64,000 nt of DNA from Octopus sinensis (GCF_006345805.1 NC_043004.1:95604001-95668000); one strand, 5' to 3'; counted from the stretch's first letter, positions 51,332 through 63,591 are shown. The notes: generated by a model from the letters alone, not told the origin. Numbers and translations are program-made.

Positions 51332-52178
51332 TTACCTCTGCATCAGTGGTTCGAGGTTCCTTCGTTCTCGTTTTCTTTCTCCTTTTCCCCGGGATCGTGG
51401 CGTATTTGGACGTAGGCCCTCATAAATATATGGAGAAAAATCCATTCTGAGAGGATCTACGTCGTGAAAGAATTCGGACTTAATCCGTCCGTAATCCTTC
51501 TGCCCTATCCTGTATACAAGAAAGTCTTTTGATGATGTTTTTTCTACCCGTTTGGCAGATGAAACAACAGCCAAACGGTTAATCAGTCTATTGTTCGAAG
51601 CCTTTATGGCCATGTATGTATTTTCATTTTCTTTCTCGTTCTTCTTTCTTAAGTTCAGTTTAGTAGGGGCGGTCTGTGTTTCTTTCTTCTTTTTTAGGGA
51701 AACAGTTGACCACCCCTCCTCTCTGTCTTTCTCTTCACTCTCTTCTGTTGATAATGGTGTTAAGTCTTCTTTTGGTGTTGGTGCTGGCGTTTCATTTGTT
51801 GTTTCTTCTAATATTTCTTCTTGTTCCTTTTCTTTTGGTTTACATTCCGACCTGATGTGGCCCTTCAACCCGCAGTTAAAACACCTTGGTTTTCTTCCTT
51901 CCACAAATACTATTAATCTTTCTCTCCGCCGACATTTATGACTTCTGCAATCTCTTCGAGGGCTGCGACTTCTGCTTGGATTAACATTGTCAAGCATTGT
52001 CCATTCCAGTTCTCCTCCTTTTCCACAGAGGCCTGGAGAATAGTTATTTTTTCATCCAGGCCCATCGTGATGGCTGCCACTAAACAGGTGGCATCAACTT
52101 CTGGTGGGGGGAATGTTGTTGACTTTCACCTTCGATGTTCTTCTTCCCATATATACGGGAAGAAGAACCACCTCCTCC
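51332..52178 (-). pseudogene. Tx1 ORF1 (gag-like, CCHC zinc knuckle), frameshifted and 5'-truncated
   Basis: ..VFVEGRKPRCFNCGLKGHIRSEC.. followed by an acidic/basic low-complexity tail; upstream frame VLLPVYMGRRTSKVKVNNIPP. Confidence 0.85.
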
Positions 52179-52407
52179 GTGGGATGGAGCAAAGGAGCCA
52201 GAGACAGTGGCATCCTAGATGAGGCACCTGCATCTTACCCAGAGACAAAGGGTAAAAACATCTGTTCCTTCCCGTCACTTCTGGATAATACCCGCGGGTC
52301 CAGAACTGGGGGGGATATTAACCCGAGCCAGGGCCTGCTTAATGATTACATTCAGCTCGGTGTGACGAGCGAAACGACCAGTATTTTAGGTGGTAAGACA
52401 GACCATG
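52179..52407 (-). mobile_element. CRE-clade-like RLE fragment fused to the 5' end of the Tx1 copy
   Basis: Across frameshifts: HGLS..GRFARHTELNVIIKQALARVNIP..LDPRVLSRSDGK..CLI*DATVSGSFAPSH, the HGLSC..GR..RH..N..I..AL / SRSDGKRPD / WDAT..DT.APSH series of CRE-type elements. Confidence 0.72.
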
Positions 52408-53121
52408 AAATAAATATAAAAAGAAATAACTTAAATATTTATAAGATAGAAAATATAAATTTGTGAAATAATTTTAACGAAGTGTTCCGGTGTTTGATAT
52501 CGGTTTTGCTAAAGCTGAACAGCATCGGTTGCTCTATCAGGCAGACCTCCCTGAACTAATAAAGACCAGGTAGATGTACCTGAATGAACAGTAAAGTTCA
52601 AGTCACTTACCTGAAGTCCACCTTTTTTCTTTAACTTTTCGTTAGATATTTTTTGTTGAAACACCTCTAATTTATTTGCATTAATTTCAGAAATAATGAA
52701 GAATACAGTAAAATAACTTTGCTGTTAATTATATTAATATTTGGAATATATATTGACTTAAAATTTTAATGGGAAATTTTATTTTCATTACTATAAGACT
52801 GAAAGTTTGAATTATAGAAGCAAGAGCGGTTTTGGATGACTGAAAGTATGAAAGTAGTATGGTCATCTATGTATCATGCGTAATGTATACATGCTATCGA
52901 TATTACATCTCATGGATATGCAGTGGTAAAAAAGCAATAAATATCAGAGAGAAGAGGACACAGTGGGTTCATAAGAGATGTTATCTCAGTGCAAATACAC
53001 AGTAACTGGTATATTGGCATATATATACGGTGTGTATACATTAAGTATGATACGTAGATAGTTATTTTGATTAAATACTGCCTCCATTGCGTATACTGGG
53101 TCATTAAATTAATGAAATTCT

Positions 53122-53275
53122 TTTATTCTTTTACTTGTTTCAGCCATTTGACTGCAGCCATGCTGGAGCACCGCCTTGCAGGGTTTTAGTCGATGAAATC
53201 GACCCCAGGACTTATTCTTTGTAAGCCTGGTACTTATTCTATTGGTTCCTTTCGCCGAACCGCTAAGTTACAAGA
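53122..53275 (-). mobile_element. SINE family A, 3' part
   Basis: TTTTACTTGTTTCAG..ATTTGACTGC..CCATGCTGGAGCACCGCC tail. Confidence 0.85.
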
Positions 53276-53432
53276 CGGTGATCTTAGAATTGATCTCAAA
53301 TTTATTTATTTCGCAAACGAATGACATTAATTCAGTAGCGTAACGTGGGGTGTGTGAACCGCACAGGGCGGCCAATTTATAAACGCATGTTAGCTGTTAT
53401 CGAAGATATGCTAAATCTAAAGAAGATTTCGG

Positions 53433-53841
53433 GGATCTTTTCGGTTTGAACGGCAGTTTTTTCTAGCGGTGTCATATGAAATTGTCACCCATAATTATGA
53501 CCCTAGTATTGATCTATTGCATTTCAATCTCTTTTAGGGTTAGGGGTGGGGGAAGGGTATCTTTTTTTCTTCACAAATGTAAATAAACTCATTCTGTTTC
53601 TTAAACGAGGGATATATTCATACGGCACAAAATGTTTTTATCTCAAAAGACGTCACTGATTGGTTGAAATTGCAGAAATGGAAGAAAAAAGACAACAAAC
53701 ATCTTACAAACTATAGAATTTTCTCAATAAAGCCAAGAGAAAAAAATATTTTATAAACACATTCTACCAGTATACGAAGTTTAAAATTTTTTAGTTACCT
53801 AGAAATTATGTTAAAAACTGCCGTTCAAACCGAAAAGATCT
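53433..53841. mobile_element. Second copy of the Merlin-like MITE, 8-bp TSD
   Basis: Near-identical to 40355-40765; TSD GATTTCGG at 53425-53432 and 53842-53849. Confidence 0.9.
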
Positions 53842-54989
53842 GATTTCGGTTACCGCACAGGATGATCAAAGCCCTTGCTATCTCACTGCATCAATGATAG
53901 TGTTACTCTGGTAATAAGACTTTCAAACAAGTGAAGACAATATTGTTTTAGCAAATATAACTTTAAAGAAAATTGAGAAAAAAATTATTCACATATAGCT
54001 TGGAGTATTTATGGCCAAGGCTTCACTATCGCAAGGCATATATGTCTAATTCACAGCAAATGAATTTACTACATAATGGAAGAGAAAATTCATTTGGAAA
54101 CTATTTTTTGTGGAAGTAAAAACGGTATTTTATATTCCAAGATCGCAGAAATAAGAGCGAAACATTTGAAAGAAAAAGCAAAGATAAAAAAACTGTAAAA
54201 TGGAGAAATAATTCTTGCAAAATACTTCCACTGTTTGATATTTTAAAATCCTACTGTACGAATAAAATATATTTTAAATAAATTTATGTGGAGATGATAT
54301 TCAGATTTAAAGCAAAGTTAATGTTTTCTTTTACAACTGTACCAAAAGTGGTAATGATCGCTTCTTAAAAAACAAAAGCAAATTCGGTAGCAAACATTAC
54401 AACTTGATGGGGCTTTAAAGATTTCTCAAATGAAATCAAGGATTTTCTTTTCTTTCTTTCTTTTTTTCCTTTTTCGTTATAGATGTCTTTCTTTGATATT
54501 CTACACTGCCAGGATTTTTTCTGTGATGTACATACATTTTTCTAATCCATCAATAATTTTAAACATTTTCTTTATATAGTCTTTGAGAATTTTTTCACTG
54601 TGTTATTTGACACCATGCATCTAGTACTTCATACACAGTATTCTTTATAGCAAGTTCTTTATTTTAGGAATCTTCCATACAGCTCCGCTTCTGTTCGTAG
54701 CTGCTAGCATTACAATTCAAAAGAAGTATCTTTATATTCATTCTTCATATGTTCAGAATTAAAATTCCGCCGATGTCGACTTTACCTTCCGTCCTTTCAG
54801 AGTTGATAGAATAAGTGCCAGTTGAGCTCTAGGATTGATGTAATCGACTGCACCCTCCCCTAACACTTCAGGCCTTGTGCCTCTAGCAGAAAGGATGTTT
54901 AGCCTTCAATAACTAATGCGTGCCTTAATTGCATACAAGAATTAATGACGTTGTAGTTGTGCAGGGTTGAGTACGATACGTAAATATTA

Positions 54990-55820
54990 TTTCTGAACGG
55001 GACACCTGGAAGATAAATAGAACAGATGTTCAAGAAAAACAAAATGTTGAACAAAGTATCTAGTATCTGTGTTCAGCAATGGGTACGAAACCCTGATAGG
55101 ATGTGTTTATGAAACCAGTCAGAAAAACATGTTCCTAGTGGTTCATACCTTTTAGTTAGCATAATAATGAACTGATTGAGTATCCACAACTTTAAGCAAC
55201 AAGATGGGGTTTTGCATACTACAGCAACTTCAAATTTATGGCTATTGGCTGCATTACCACACGATAGCACAGGTAATCTGTCCATGGCATCCTTAACTTC
55301 TGATGTCGATCGCTCATCCGCTGCAGCAAATATTTCCCTGAAGCAATAATAACAACTGTGTTTCATCAAAGTTATACATTTGTTCAGCAATTCAGATTTT
55401 ATCAGCGAAAATCATTGCAAACTCGTCCATGAATTTCTCGGATGCTTTGTAATTAACAGATATCACTATAAATCTTTAATTATTAAATGCCATCCCTTTA
55501 AAAAAAATACTTTTTAAATTAACCTTGTAAATATTCACAACTACTTTCAATATTCCGTTCGCTGTCGTAGATTTTTCTTTGCATCATGATCCTCAAGAAA
55601 CACATTTTAACTCCAATATTAACGAAACCACTCTGTCAACACACGATTAAAATTTCCATTTTACTATGCAATGCTTTTTTTTTTTTCTATTTTTATCCAC
55701 TTCTATTTATTAATGTCATCTTAGAACTTCAGCATTTTCTTTTTCTGTTTCTTAAGGCTACGTATAATTCTTGTGCCAATGCCAGCCACCTCACTTTAGA
55801 CTAACACTGCTGTCGAGTTT
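54990..55820 (-). pseudogene. Tigger/pogo transposase relic (CENP-B HTH plus DDE start)
   Basis: ..LTEWFR..; FMDEFA..EQMYNFDET; ORF 55073..55390 ERSTSEVKDAMDRL.VL.C.NAA..HK...FSDWFHKH. Confidence 0.8.
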
Positions 55821-56164
55821 TTTAACGATAACTTGACGTTTTGTGTTATTAATACACACAAATGCTTCATATTTTTCTTTTCACTAATAACCCATTTGTA
55901 TATTTGCAGGTCTTTTAAGCATTTTCAAAACAAGAAAGAGCATAAAACAAACATGTGGTATGTTATGCACGCACGACGGTGTTGCTATGACAGCAGCCGC
56001 CAGTAAACGAGCATTCAACTTAACTTCTTCAATCCAATAATTACATACTATTACTTGTAGCTTTCCGTGCGCTTCGAGATCCACTTTTCCAAAGAGGAAA
56101 AATTACGTTCTTGTGACGTTAACAATATATATGTTTGTGTGTGTGTGTGTGTGTGTGTGAAAAA

Positions 56165-57280
56165 TTATCATCATCATAATCATCATCTTCATTTTACGAC
56201 CGTTTTTCTTATACTAGTATTGATTGGATGTCGCAAGCGTCTCGACACTTGCTTCGATCCTTTGTCACCTTTTGATTTCAGGTTTCACCAAAAATCTCCA
56301 AATCTTCTTCGTTCTCCACAGATTCTTTCCACTTGGAACGCTTAGCAACTATTTACCTACCGTCACCCTCTCTACGCATCACATGGTTGTACAAATGCAG
56401 TCTCTTCTTTTGCACGTATCTAGGTCCTCTTATACCCAGCTTTTCCATCTCAACTCATTTTGCTCCGATTTTCATGCTCACTAACATTACACGTTAAGCG
56501 GAGCATATTTGTTTCATTTTTTCTCCCATCTTGTGAATGCTCTCCGCATTCAGTTCCCATATTTTGCTATTATGCAGCAAATGATTCAACATTCCACCCT
56601 TCACTCGGTGAGAAAAGATTTTTGTTCTCAGAAAAGCTAATAATTCCCTGAACATTTTTTCTACCTTGTTCTTAACCTGCCTACTATTCACACGCGGTTC
56701 CTTCCATTTCTTAGCAGGTCATTTAGGCAACAGAAGCCGACAACTACTTTTCAGAAACTTCCAAGCATTTCAAAGAATTTATTTTACTGGTAAAATTAAT
56801 GCTAATTACATCTGCATGTCTACTATATGCATACGAAATATTTTCTTCTACTTCTGCCTCCAATCGCATTACATCTTTTCTGCATCCATAGTTTATGCTG
56901 GGATGCACAGTACAGACTTCCAACGCACAGTACAGACTTCCAACGCACTCATTTTTTTTGCATTATGAGCATGATAACCTCACCGATGGAAGTAGATACT
57001 TGTCTTCTTTACAGATGTCTAAAACTTTAAAATTTTCCGTCTTTACTTCGAAACTTCTCGATTGTAGGCTTTGCCTCCTGGTTCAGAATTTCTCCTCTCG
57101 ATTAACAGGAGTTCCCACAGACAGCCGATCTTAAACTATTCTATCTTGTCTGGAAAACTTATTAAACGAAAGGTACCTGCGATTTCAGCCTTGGTGTACA
57201 CTCACAAGTATGCTAAACTCCTTGCCGATCTTGTTGTTCACCTTGTTTATGGATTGCACGATCTCGTGTACATTTAGTTT
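56165..57280 (-). mobile_element. RTE-clade LINE 3' half, degenerate
   Basis: KGGMLNHLLHNSKIWELNAESI, LGIRGPR..QKKRL.LYNHVMR; (CAT)n-like tail at about 56167-56190. Confidence 0.75.
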
Positions 57281-57566
57281 TCTTAACGAACACCAGATTG
57301 CGCTACATACCAAATTCTTGTATCCAGGCTAAGGCCTTCTAAAGGTCAATGTCATATAAAATTCTTGTACCCAGGCTAAGGCCTTCTAAAGGCACTATAC
57401 TAGGTATAGTGCCAAACTATAAGTCATGTTTACAATAATTACAAAAATTCACATAAGTTCAAATTTCAGGTGTCTGTAATGATTAAATATGTCCGTTCAC
57501 CGATGTTATGCAAGTGATGCAGCATAAAAATATTGGTACTACAAGATTATAACCTGTTCAAATATT

Positions 57567-57970
57567 CTTCTTCTTCTATTTAGGTCTATTGGTGCCTTTG
57601 AGCGGCACATCGGGCAATCAGTGATCACCAATTATCTCCGTCTCTGGCCAACCGGTGTACTTCTTCCCAAGTGATGTTCAATCTGCGTAGGTCTTCTCTC
57701 TCAGCTTGTCTACAAGATACATTCTTCCATTACAAGAAGCGACCGGCGCACTGTAATTAAGGCCATCAGGTGGTGTCCAAATATACTTGGAGCATCTCCG
57801 AACCCGTAAGGAAACCATTAACTCTGTTTTGTCATGGAGAAAATTTCTCGCTGTAGGCAAGTAGTGTAAATAAAAAAAAATCAGCTCGCAGCTCCACCTA
57901 CTCAATCGGGTTCGAATATGCCCCAAACATATTTGAACTGGTAATAACCTTGTATTTATACACATCACTG
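57567..57970 (-). mobile_element. RTE-clade LINE 3' end of a different family, (GAA)n tail
   Basis: ORF 57678..57968 ..IWTPPDG.. and TTCTTCTTCTTC at 57565-57577. Confidence 0.6.
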
Positions 57971-58329
57971 CTTGGCGCTGCCACCCTGTAAAACTGTCTT
58001 TGGTTGTCTGCTAACAGCTGAATATCGTAGTTCAGTAACACTATACCAGGAACACGCCTCAGAATTATCTCTGGTTGTCACCTTATATGGCAGTTTCGTA
58101 AATGTTATAAAGAGAGTACATCATAGAATTGTTCGTGGTTGTCACCTAAAAATGTCATGATCGTGTGCAAATATGCAAACACTCCTGTGCCACAAGAACG
58201 TTACTATATCAATATCACAGACCAATTAGACAGATACGGTGAGCGGCTACTGACGTGATACGTTTCCATATTAATAACAGGATGCTATAGGCATAACATT
58301 ACTCCAGCTACGAAAGACAAACCACATTC

Positions 58330-58413
<84 letters not shown>

Positions 58414-58675
58414 TATATAATAAAATATTAGGGAATAAATCCAAACTTACAGGGAAAAATCAGATTTAGGATTGAATCCAATTTTATAGTAAAATATTAT
58501 ATTATATTAACTTAGAGATAAAACCACTATTAGGCAAATCATACAATGAAAAACTTAAGCCAATACATAAGATTAATTAATTTATATTATTTTAAATATA
58601 TATCAAAATTATTAAAAAAAGATAATTAGTATAACACTACGATCATTAATTAAACCTCGCTAAGTTAAATATTTC

Positions 58676-58743
58676 AATCACCTGAAGAATGACTGTAACT
58701 CGAATTTTTACGAATTGGACAGCCATGAAACGATCGTAGTGTT
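58676..58743 (+). ncRNA. Type I minimal hammerhead ribozyme motif
   Basis: CAC-CTGAAGA-ATGACTGT(22-nt loop)ACAGCCAT-GAAA-CGATCGTA|GTG: canonical core, 7/8-bp stem II, palindromic ACGATCGT, GUA site 58736-58738; stem I short. Confidence 0.75.
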
Positions 58744-58782
58744 ATACTAATTATCTTTTTTTAATAATTTTGATATATATTT

Positions 58783-58980
58783 ACGGAGATGTACTCGCAT
58801 AGCAAGTGATTTGATCTGAGATCGTGTGCTGAAACGAAAACAATTGCAGCGTGGAAGGTGTTTGTAAGCCATTTAAGAAACACACAAAAGCCGTTCGATT
58901 CACTTCAACATTTAAGTTTAATTTGTCAAAATATTTTCGTCGCTAAAATCTGCGACCTGTTCACTGACAAAAATCCGTGC
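58783..58980 (-). mobile_element. ~200-bp nested insertion with TSD
   Basis: TGATATATATTT flanks both sides (58771-58782, 58981-58992); removing it restores the host arm symmetry. Confidence 0.8.
58922..58971 (-). ncRNA. Hammerhead-like motif with G3:C8 swapped core
   Basis: Minus strand TTTGTCA-GTGAACA-G-GTCGC agatttta GCGAC-GAAA-ATATTT|TGACAAA: 7-bp stem I, 5-bp stem II, palindromic AATATT. Confidence 0.65.
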
Positions 58981-59078
58981 TGATATATATTTAAAATAAT
59001 ATAAATTAATTAATCTTATGTATTGGCTTAAGTTTTTCATTGTATGATTTGCCTAATAGTGATTTTATCTCTAATTTA

Positions 59079-59119
<41 letters not shown>

Positions 59120-59124
<5 letters not shown>

Positions 59125-59300
59125 AGGGGGGGGCACAAAAAACCCAAAAAGACGAAGACAGGTGGTGTACACAACAAATAGATGTATTAGTATAACGCTC
59201 AGGAAGTGAAAAAGTCTTTAACGTTTCGAGCCTACGCTCTTCCACAGAAAGAAATAAGGAGAGAAAATAAAGAATGTGTAGTGGCTATCTATCTATCATG
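59120..59300 (-). mobile_element. Penelope-derived short repeat with hammerhead-like motif (59215-59252)
   Basis: Minus strand TCTTT-CTGTGGA-A-GAGC gtag GCTC-GAAA-CGTT|AAAGA; same architecture as 33646-33680; core A6>U. Confidence 0.6.
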
Positions 59301-60905
59301 GCGAACACCGGACAGAAAGTCACTATATATATATATCTTCCAATGGAGTTCACTTTGAAATTCTGCACCACCTACATGGGGATATCGCTTTACTCAATTA
59401 GTCGTTGTGAGAATTAGCATCATTTAGTAGTAATAACAGTACGGAAGAGAATGGAGACTGAATATTATTAACAGTAATTGGAGCAGTTTATTGTGTGGAC
59501 CTGTTCGAAATATTACCACGAGGTATCGCATGATCAAGCGACGACTCCATATTAATATGAGAAGCTGGTGAAGTCGGCCCGTTAATAACAGTATTATGAT
59601 TAACAGATATGCTTGAGCAGCGATATTTAGTAGTTATCCGTTCTATTGACGCTGATCTTTTCATCTTTACTTTTAATCCGAGCTAAGTTTCTGCCAGCAT
59701 GAATCGGATAACGTGCATATGCGAGAAATTTCATTATATTGTTCTTGTAATGAACGATGAAAAGAATTTAAATATCTATCAATGGATTTGATGATTAATG
59801 ATAATTTGGTTAACATCGAAGACGGAATGAGAGAGCGCGATACACCAGAATTCACTTGCATTTGAACTGAGTATCCGTCCAATTTACAATTAACCCACTG
59901 AAAATTATCATTTGTTGAACAATTAATATTAAGTGTTATTTCCTATTCGCCAGACTAAAGAATCATACACTAAATGTTAACATTATGAACGTGGGAGAAT
60001 ACAGTGTTATTTGACCAGCAGAATTTACTAACGTAACCCAATTGAGCATAGTTATTGAATTTCAAACTCACAAATACGTTTTTAAACCTAGCTACAGTCA
60101 GTCATTTGTTGCGTATGAAATATCCTCTTAGCAAGAATCCTGGCATGTAGCATAAAATATTTTTGTATTAGAACTTGTCTCCGAGGCGGCAAACAGACAA
60201 AATTGTTTACTCACCGGACACAAGATTGAGTGGTATTTCTTTCGGCTCTTTATCTTTTAAGTTATAATCGCGAAGAAGTCAACTTTGTCTTTCGTCTTTT
60301 AAGTATCGGTTGAGCACTGAGATTGATGTATATAGTGTTCGGGTTAAATTTGGTGATATTTTAGGTTTACATTTTTCGAGAGCAGCTTTCTTTCTGTTAA
60401 TTTTTCTTCTCCGTCAAAGGCTTGTTGACACCCACTAAGTTAACGATTTTATCTCAAGGTATCGAAACTGCCAGAAACCTTAGCGAGATAGCTGATGAAG
60501 GTTAACTTTTCATTTGTTCTGTCTTGTAGATACTTCTACTGCTTGCATCCATTTCTTTCACTGATAATAGCTGGTGCACTCAATCCAATTTTCTCTTGAC
60601 ACACTGCAGCTCCCCGTTTTTCTCTCCTTTTATCTTCTCATCAATCTTTTTTCTCTGTCCTTCTCTTTCCTTCTTTATTATGTCACTTCTGACAGTCCGT
60701 CCACTCTGCGTTGTTCTGTTCCCAGCTTGTCGCTTTCTGCTTCCACTGCACTCTAAAAACTTTCTTTTACCTTACAGCTCATCAAGCGAGCAGATGTATC
60801 CTTCGACTATGTTATTTGCTTAAGGACAATCCTAATAGCTAATCACGTTTGGGCGGTAGAGTTTTTTCAGTACCCTACTTGTTGTATTTTGGTATTATAG
60901 TGTTA

Positions 60906-61142
60906 AAGGCGGCGAGCTGGCAGAAACGTTAGCACGCCGGGCGAAATGCTTAACGGTATTTCGTCTGCGTTACGTTGTGAGTTCGAATTCCACCGAGGTC
61001 GACTTTGCCTTTCATCCTTTCGGGGTCGATAAATCAAGTACCAGTTACGCACTGGGGTCGATGTAATCGACTTAATACCTATGTCTGTCCTTGTTTGTCC
61101 CCTCTGTGTTTAGCCCCTTGTGGGTAATAAAGAAATAGGTAT
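60906..61142 (+). mobile_element. SINE family B, full length, young
   Basis: GGCGGCGAGCTGGCAGAAACGTTAG head, GAGTTCGAATTCC B-box-like motif, central CTTTCATCCTTTCGGGGTCGATAAAT block, tail TGTCCCCTCT..CCCCTTGTGGGTAATAAAGAAAT. Confidence 0.92.
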
Positions 61143-62538
61143 TATATTGTTTCGTCTCGCTTTATTTTCATCGTAATTGGCTTATGTTGTATTTTGTTTC
61201 ATAACATGTAGGTATATTTTTCTTTTACTTTCTTTTTATGCTAGTCAATTGACTTAACCATACTTTTTCCCCCCGTAGTGTATAATGCATACTGAAACAG
61301 CAATACAGATTCGCTACCCACAAACCTAACTGTTTAATGACACAACTGCAAATTTACGAGATTGACTTCTTTGCTCACAATTCTAAATTAATGAGACAGA
61401 AACACCATATGAAACGAGTTCAATTACTAAACTGAAATTTGAAAACAAAAATCTTGAACTCACCCACTACTACTACTGCTATTACTACTACTACTACTAC
61501 TATTACTACTATACTACTACTACTACTACTTCTACCTGAAATATTTAATCGTCACTCATGATTATAGGTTACATCTCTGAAGCTTTACTCTAATGATAAC
61601 CACTCAGAACAAGCCATCCCTCCAAGTAGCAATCAATGTGTTAGAAAGCATCCATTGAAAATTTTAGTTTAACAAATAAAAAAAAATCAGAATTAAGTGA
61701 CTTCACCAACTTCTGCCAAAAGGCTTCTAAGTTTGAATTGATGCATTCAAAAATTCTTTGAAATTCTCAGCTGGTTTTTGTCTATATTTCTATTTCCCTG
61801 ACGACCACCTATTGGTAGTAAATTGTTGTTGATGTTACTATGACTGTTTTTGATTGATTCCGCCTTTTTAATAATTGTACGTTTACTTGATTTTTTTTTT
61901 GTGTGTTTTTACAATACTTACACACCAGAGGATAACTTACGGGTAATTTCCTTCAATTAGACTGAAACATTTATACGATCATTCATAAAATATTTTTGAT
62001 GCAGGAGTGGTATACATTTTATACATACATACATACATACATACATATACACATACATATATACATATGTATAAATATATATTTAAAATAATTTTTTAAT
62101 AGTTTGTATATATGTGTATATATATGTCTGTATGTATGTATATGTATACATATATGCATATTTATATATGTATATATATATACATATATATATGCATATT
62201 TATATACATATGTATATGCATATATATATGCATACATATATGCATATATATATGCATATATATATTGAATATATGTATACATTCATATATATATATATAT
62301 ATACATATATACATAATGCATACATACATACATATACATATGTATATATGTATGCTTAATAATTCTCCTATAGCATATAAATATTGCGTTCAAAAATAGA
62401 TACCCCTCGACTTTCTCTATTCAAAAGTTTTCAACCCAAAATTTATGTGCTTCGAGATCAAGTTCCAAAAAAAAAATTCACATTCTCTCGAAAGATTTTA
62501 AGTGCTTATGACGTCAACTATAAATACATATAGATATA

Positions 62539-63575
62539 TAGAAGGGTTGGACAAAATAATGGAAACACCTTAAAATTTAAAACAAATTTATAATATGGAT
62601 AGGACCGCCTTTGGTAGTAATTACAGCTTCGGTTGTTCGTGGTATGGACTCGTACAAAGTTTGAATTGTTTCCGAAGGAATTTTTTCCATTCTTTAGTTA
62701 AAACAGTCTCCAGTTCTTGTAGTGATGATGGTGGAGAATAATTGACTCCTTACTTGTTTTTCTAAAATGCATGATAAATGTTCAATGATATTGAGATCTG
62801 GGGACTGTGGTGGCCAGGTAAGATGTTCAACTTCACTAGAATGTTCCTCGTGCCATTCAGTAACAAATGTAGCTGTGTGAATTGGTGCATTATCATCTTG
62901 AAACATAGTGTTTCCGTCTGGAAAGGCTTCCGCTACCATATGATAAATTTGATCAGATAAAATACTTAAATAATCTTGACCATTAATTCTGCCATGAAGA
63001 GAAGCCATTGGGCCGGCAGATTTCCAAGATACAGCCCCCATCCCCCAGATCATCACAGATCCTCCTCCATGTTTAACAGTTGGAAGAAGATAGTCAGTGT
63101 CAAAAGCTTCTTTTGGCCGTCTCCACACGTATACTCGGTCGATGGTCGGATATAAAGAAAAGGATGATTCGTCCGAGAAAATAACATTCTTCCACTGCTC
63201 CAGGGAATATTCTGTAGGTTTTTACTCCAATCTAAACGCGTTGCAACGTTTGTTTTTGAAAGTAGTGGTTTTCTGATTGCAGCCCTCCCGCGAAATCCGG
63301 GTTTGTGCTGTTCCCAGCAAACAGTTTTTGTGGAAACTGGGTTCTCGAGGTGGTCATTAAGCTCTTCAGTAATTTTGGGAGCTGTACTTTTGTGATCCTT
63401 CCTAACAATTCGTGTGAGAGTCCGACGGACCCTATCTGAAAGTTTTGGTTTTCTTCCGGAGTTTTATTTCGGCGAGTTTTCTTTCACAAAGGCTGCCACT
63501 ACTTTCGAGACAGTACTTCTTGATACTCCAAACATTTCAGCTGTTTTCGTTACGCTAGCGCCTGCCATACGAGTA
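62539..63575 (-). mobile_element. Tc1-family DNA transposon (DD34E), pseudogenised, left end missing
   Basis: AEMFGVSRSTVSK HTH, SGRKPKL, FSDES, TVKHGGGSVMIWG, FQDDNAPIH, WPPQSPDLNIIE; TIR-like end AGAAGGGTTGGACAAAATAATGGAAACACC after TA; internal stop and frameshifts. Confidence 0.92.
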
Positions 63576-63591
63576 CTAGTCTTGGTGTAAA

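Larger units (their letters stand above)
47700..52178 (-). mobile_element. Tx1/L1-clade LINE, near full length (5'-truncated in ORF1), frameshifted
   Basis: ORF1 CCHC knuckle, ORF2 APE and RT in colinear order, ~240-nt 3' UTR ending GTAATAAAAAAA; GC- and CpG-richer than flanks. Confidence 0.93.
58421..59082. mobile_element. AT-rich foldback element with central hammerhead; right arm interrupted by a nested insertion
   Basis: Left arm about 58504-58644 mirrors 58732-58782 plus 58981-59082; same family as 37403-37686. Confidence 0.88.

Noticed and set aside
56905-57400. 20-bp (about 56905-56947) and ~50-bp (about 57310-57392) tandem duplications
   Set aside because: Ordinary slippage duplications in decayed repeats.
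60906-60990. tRNA-like heads here and at 6588, 27440-27516 and 33274
   Set aside because: A/B boxes only, no full cloverleaf, and each continues into a SINE body; not tRNA genes.
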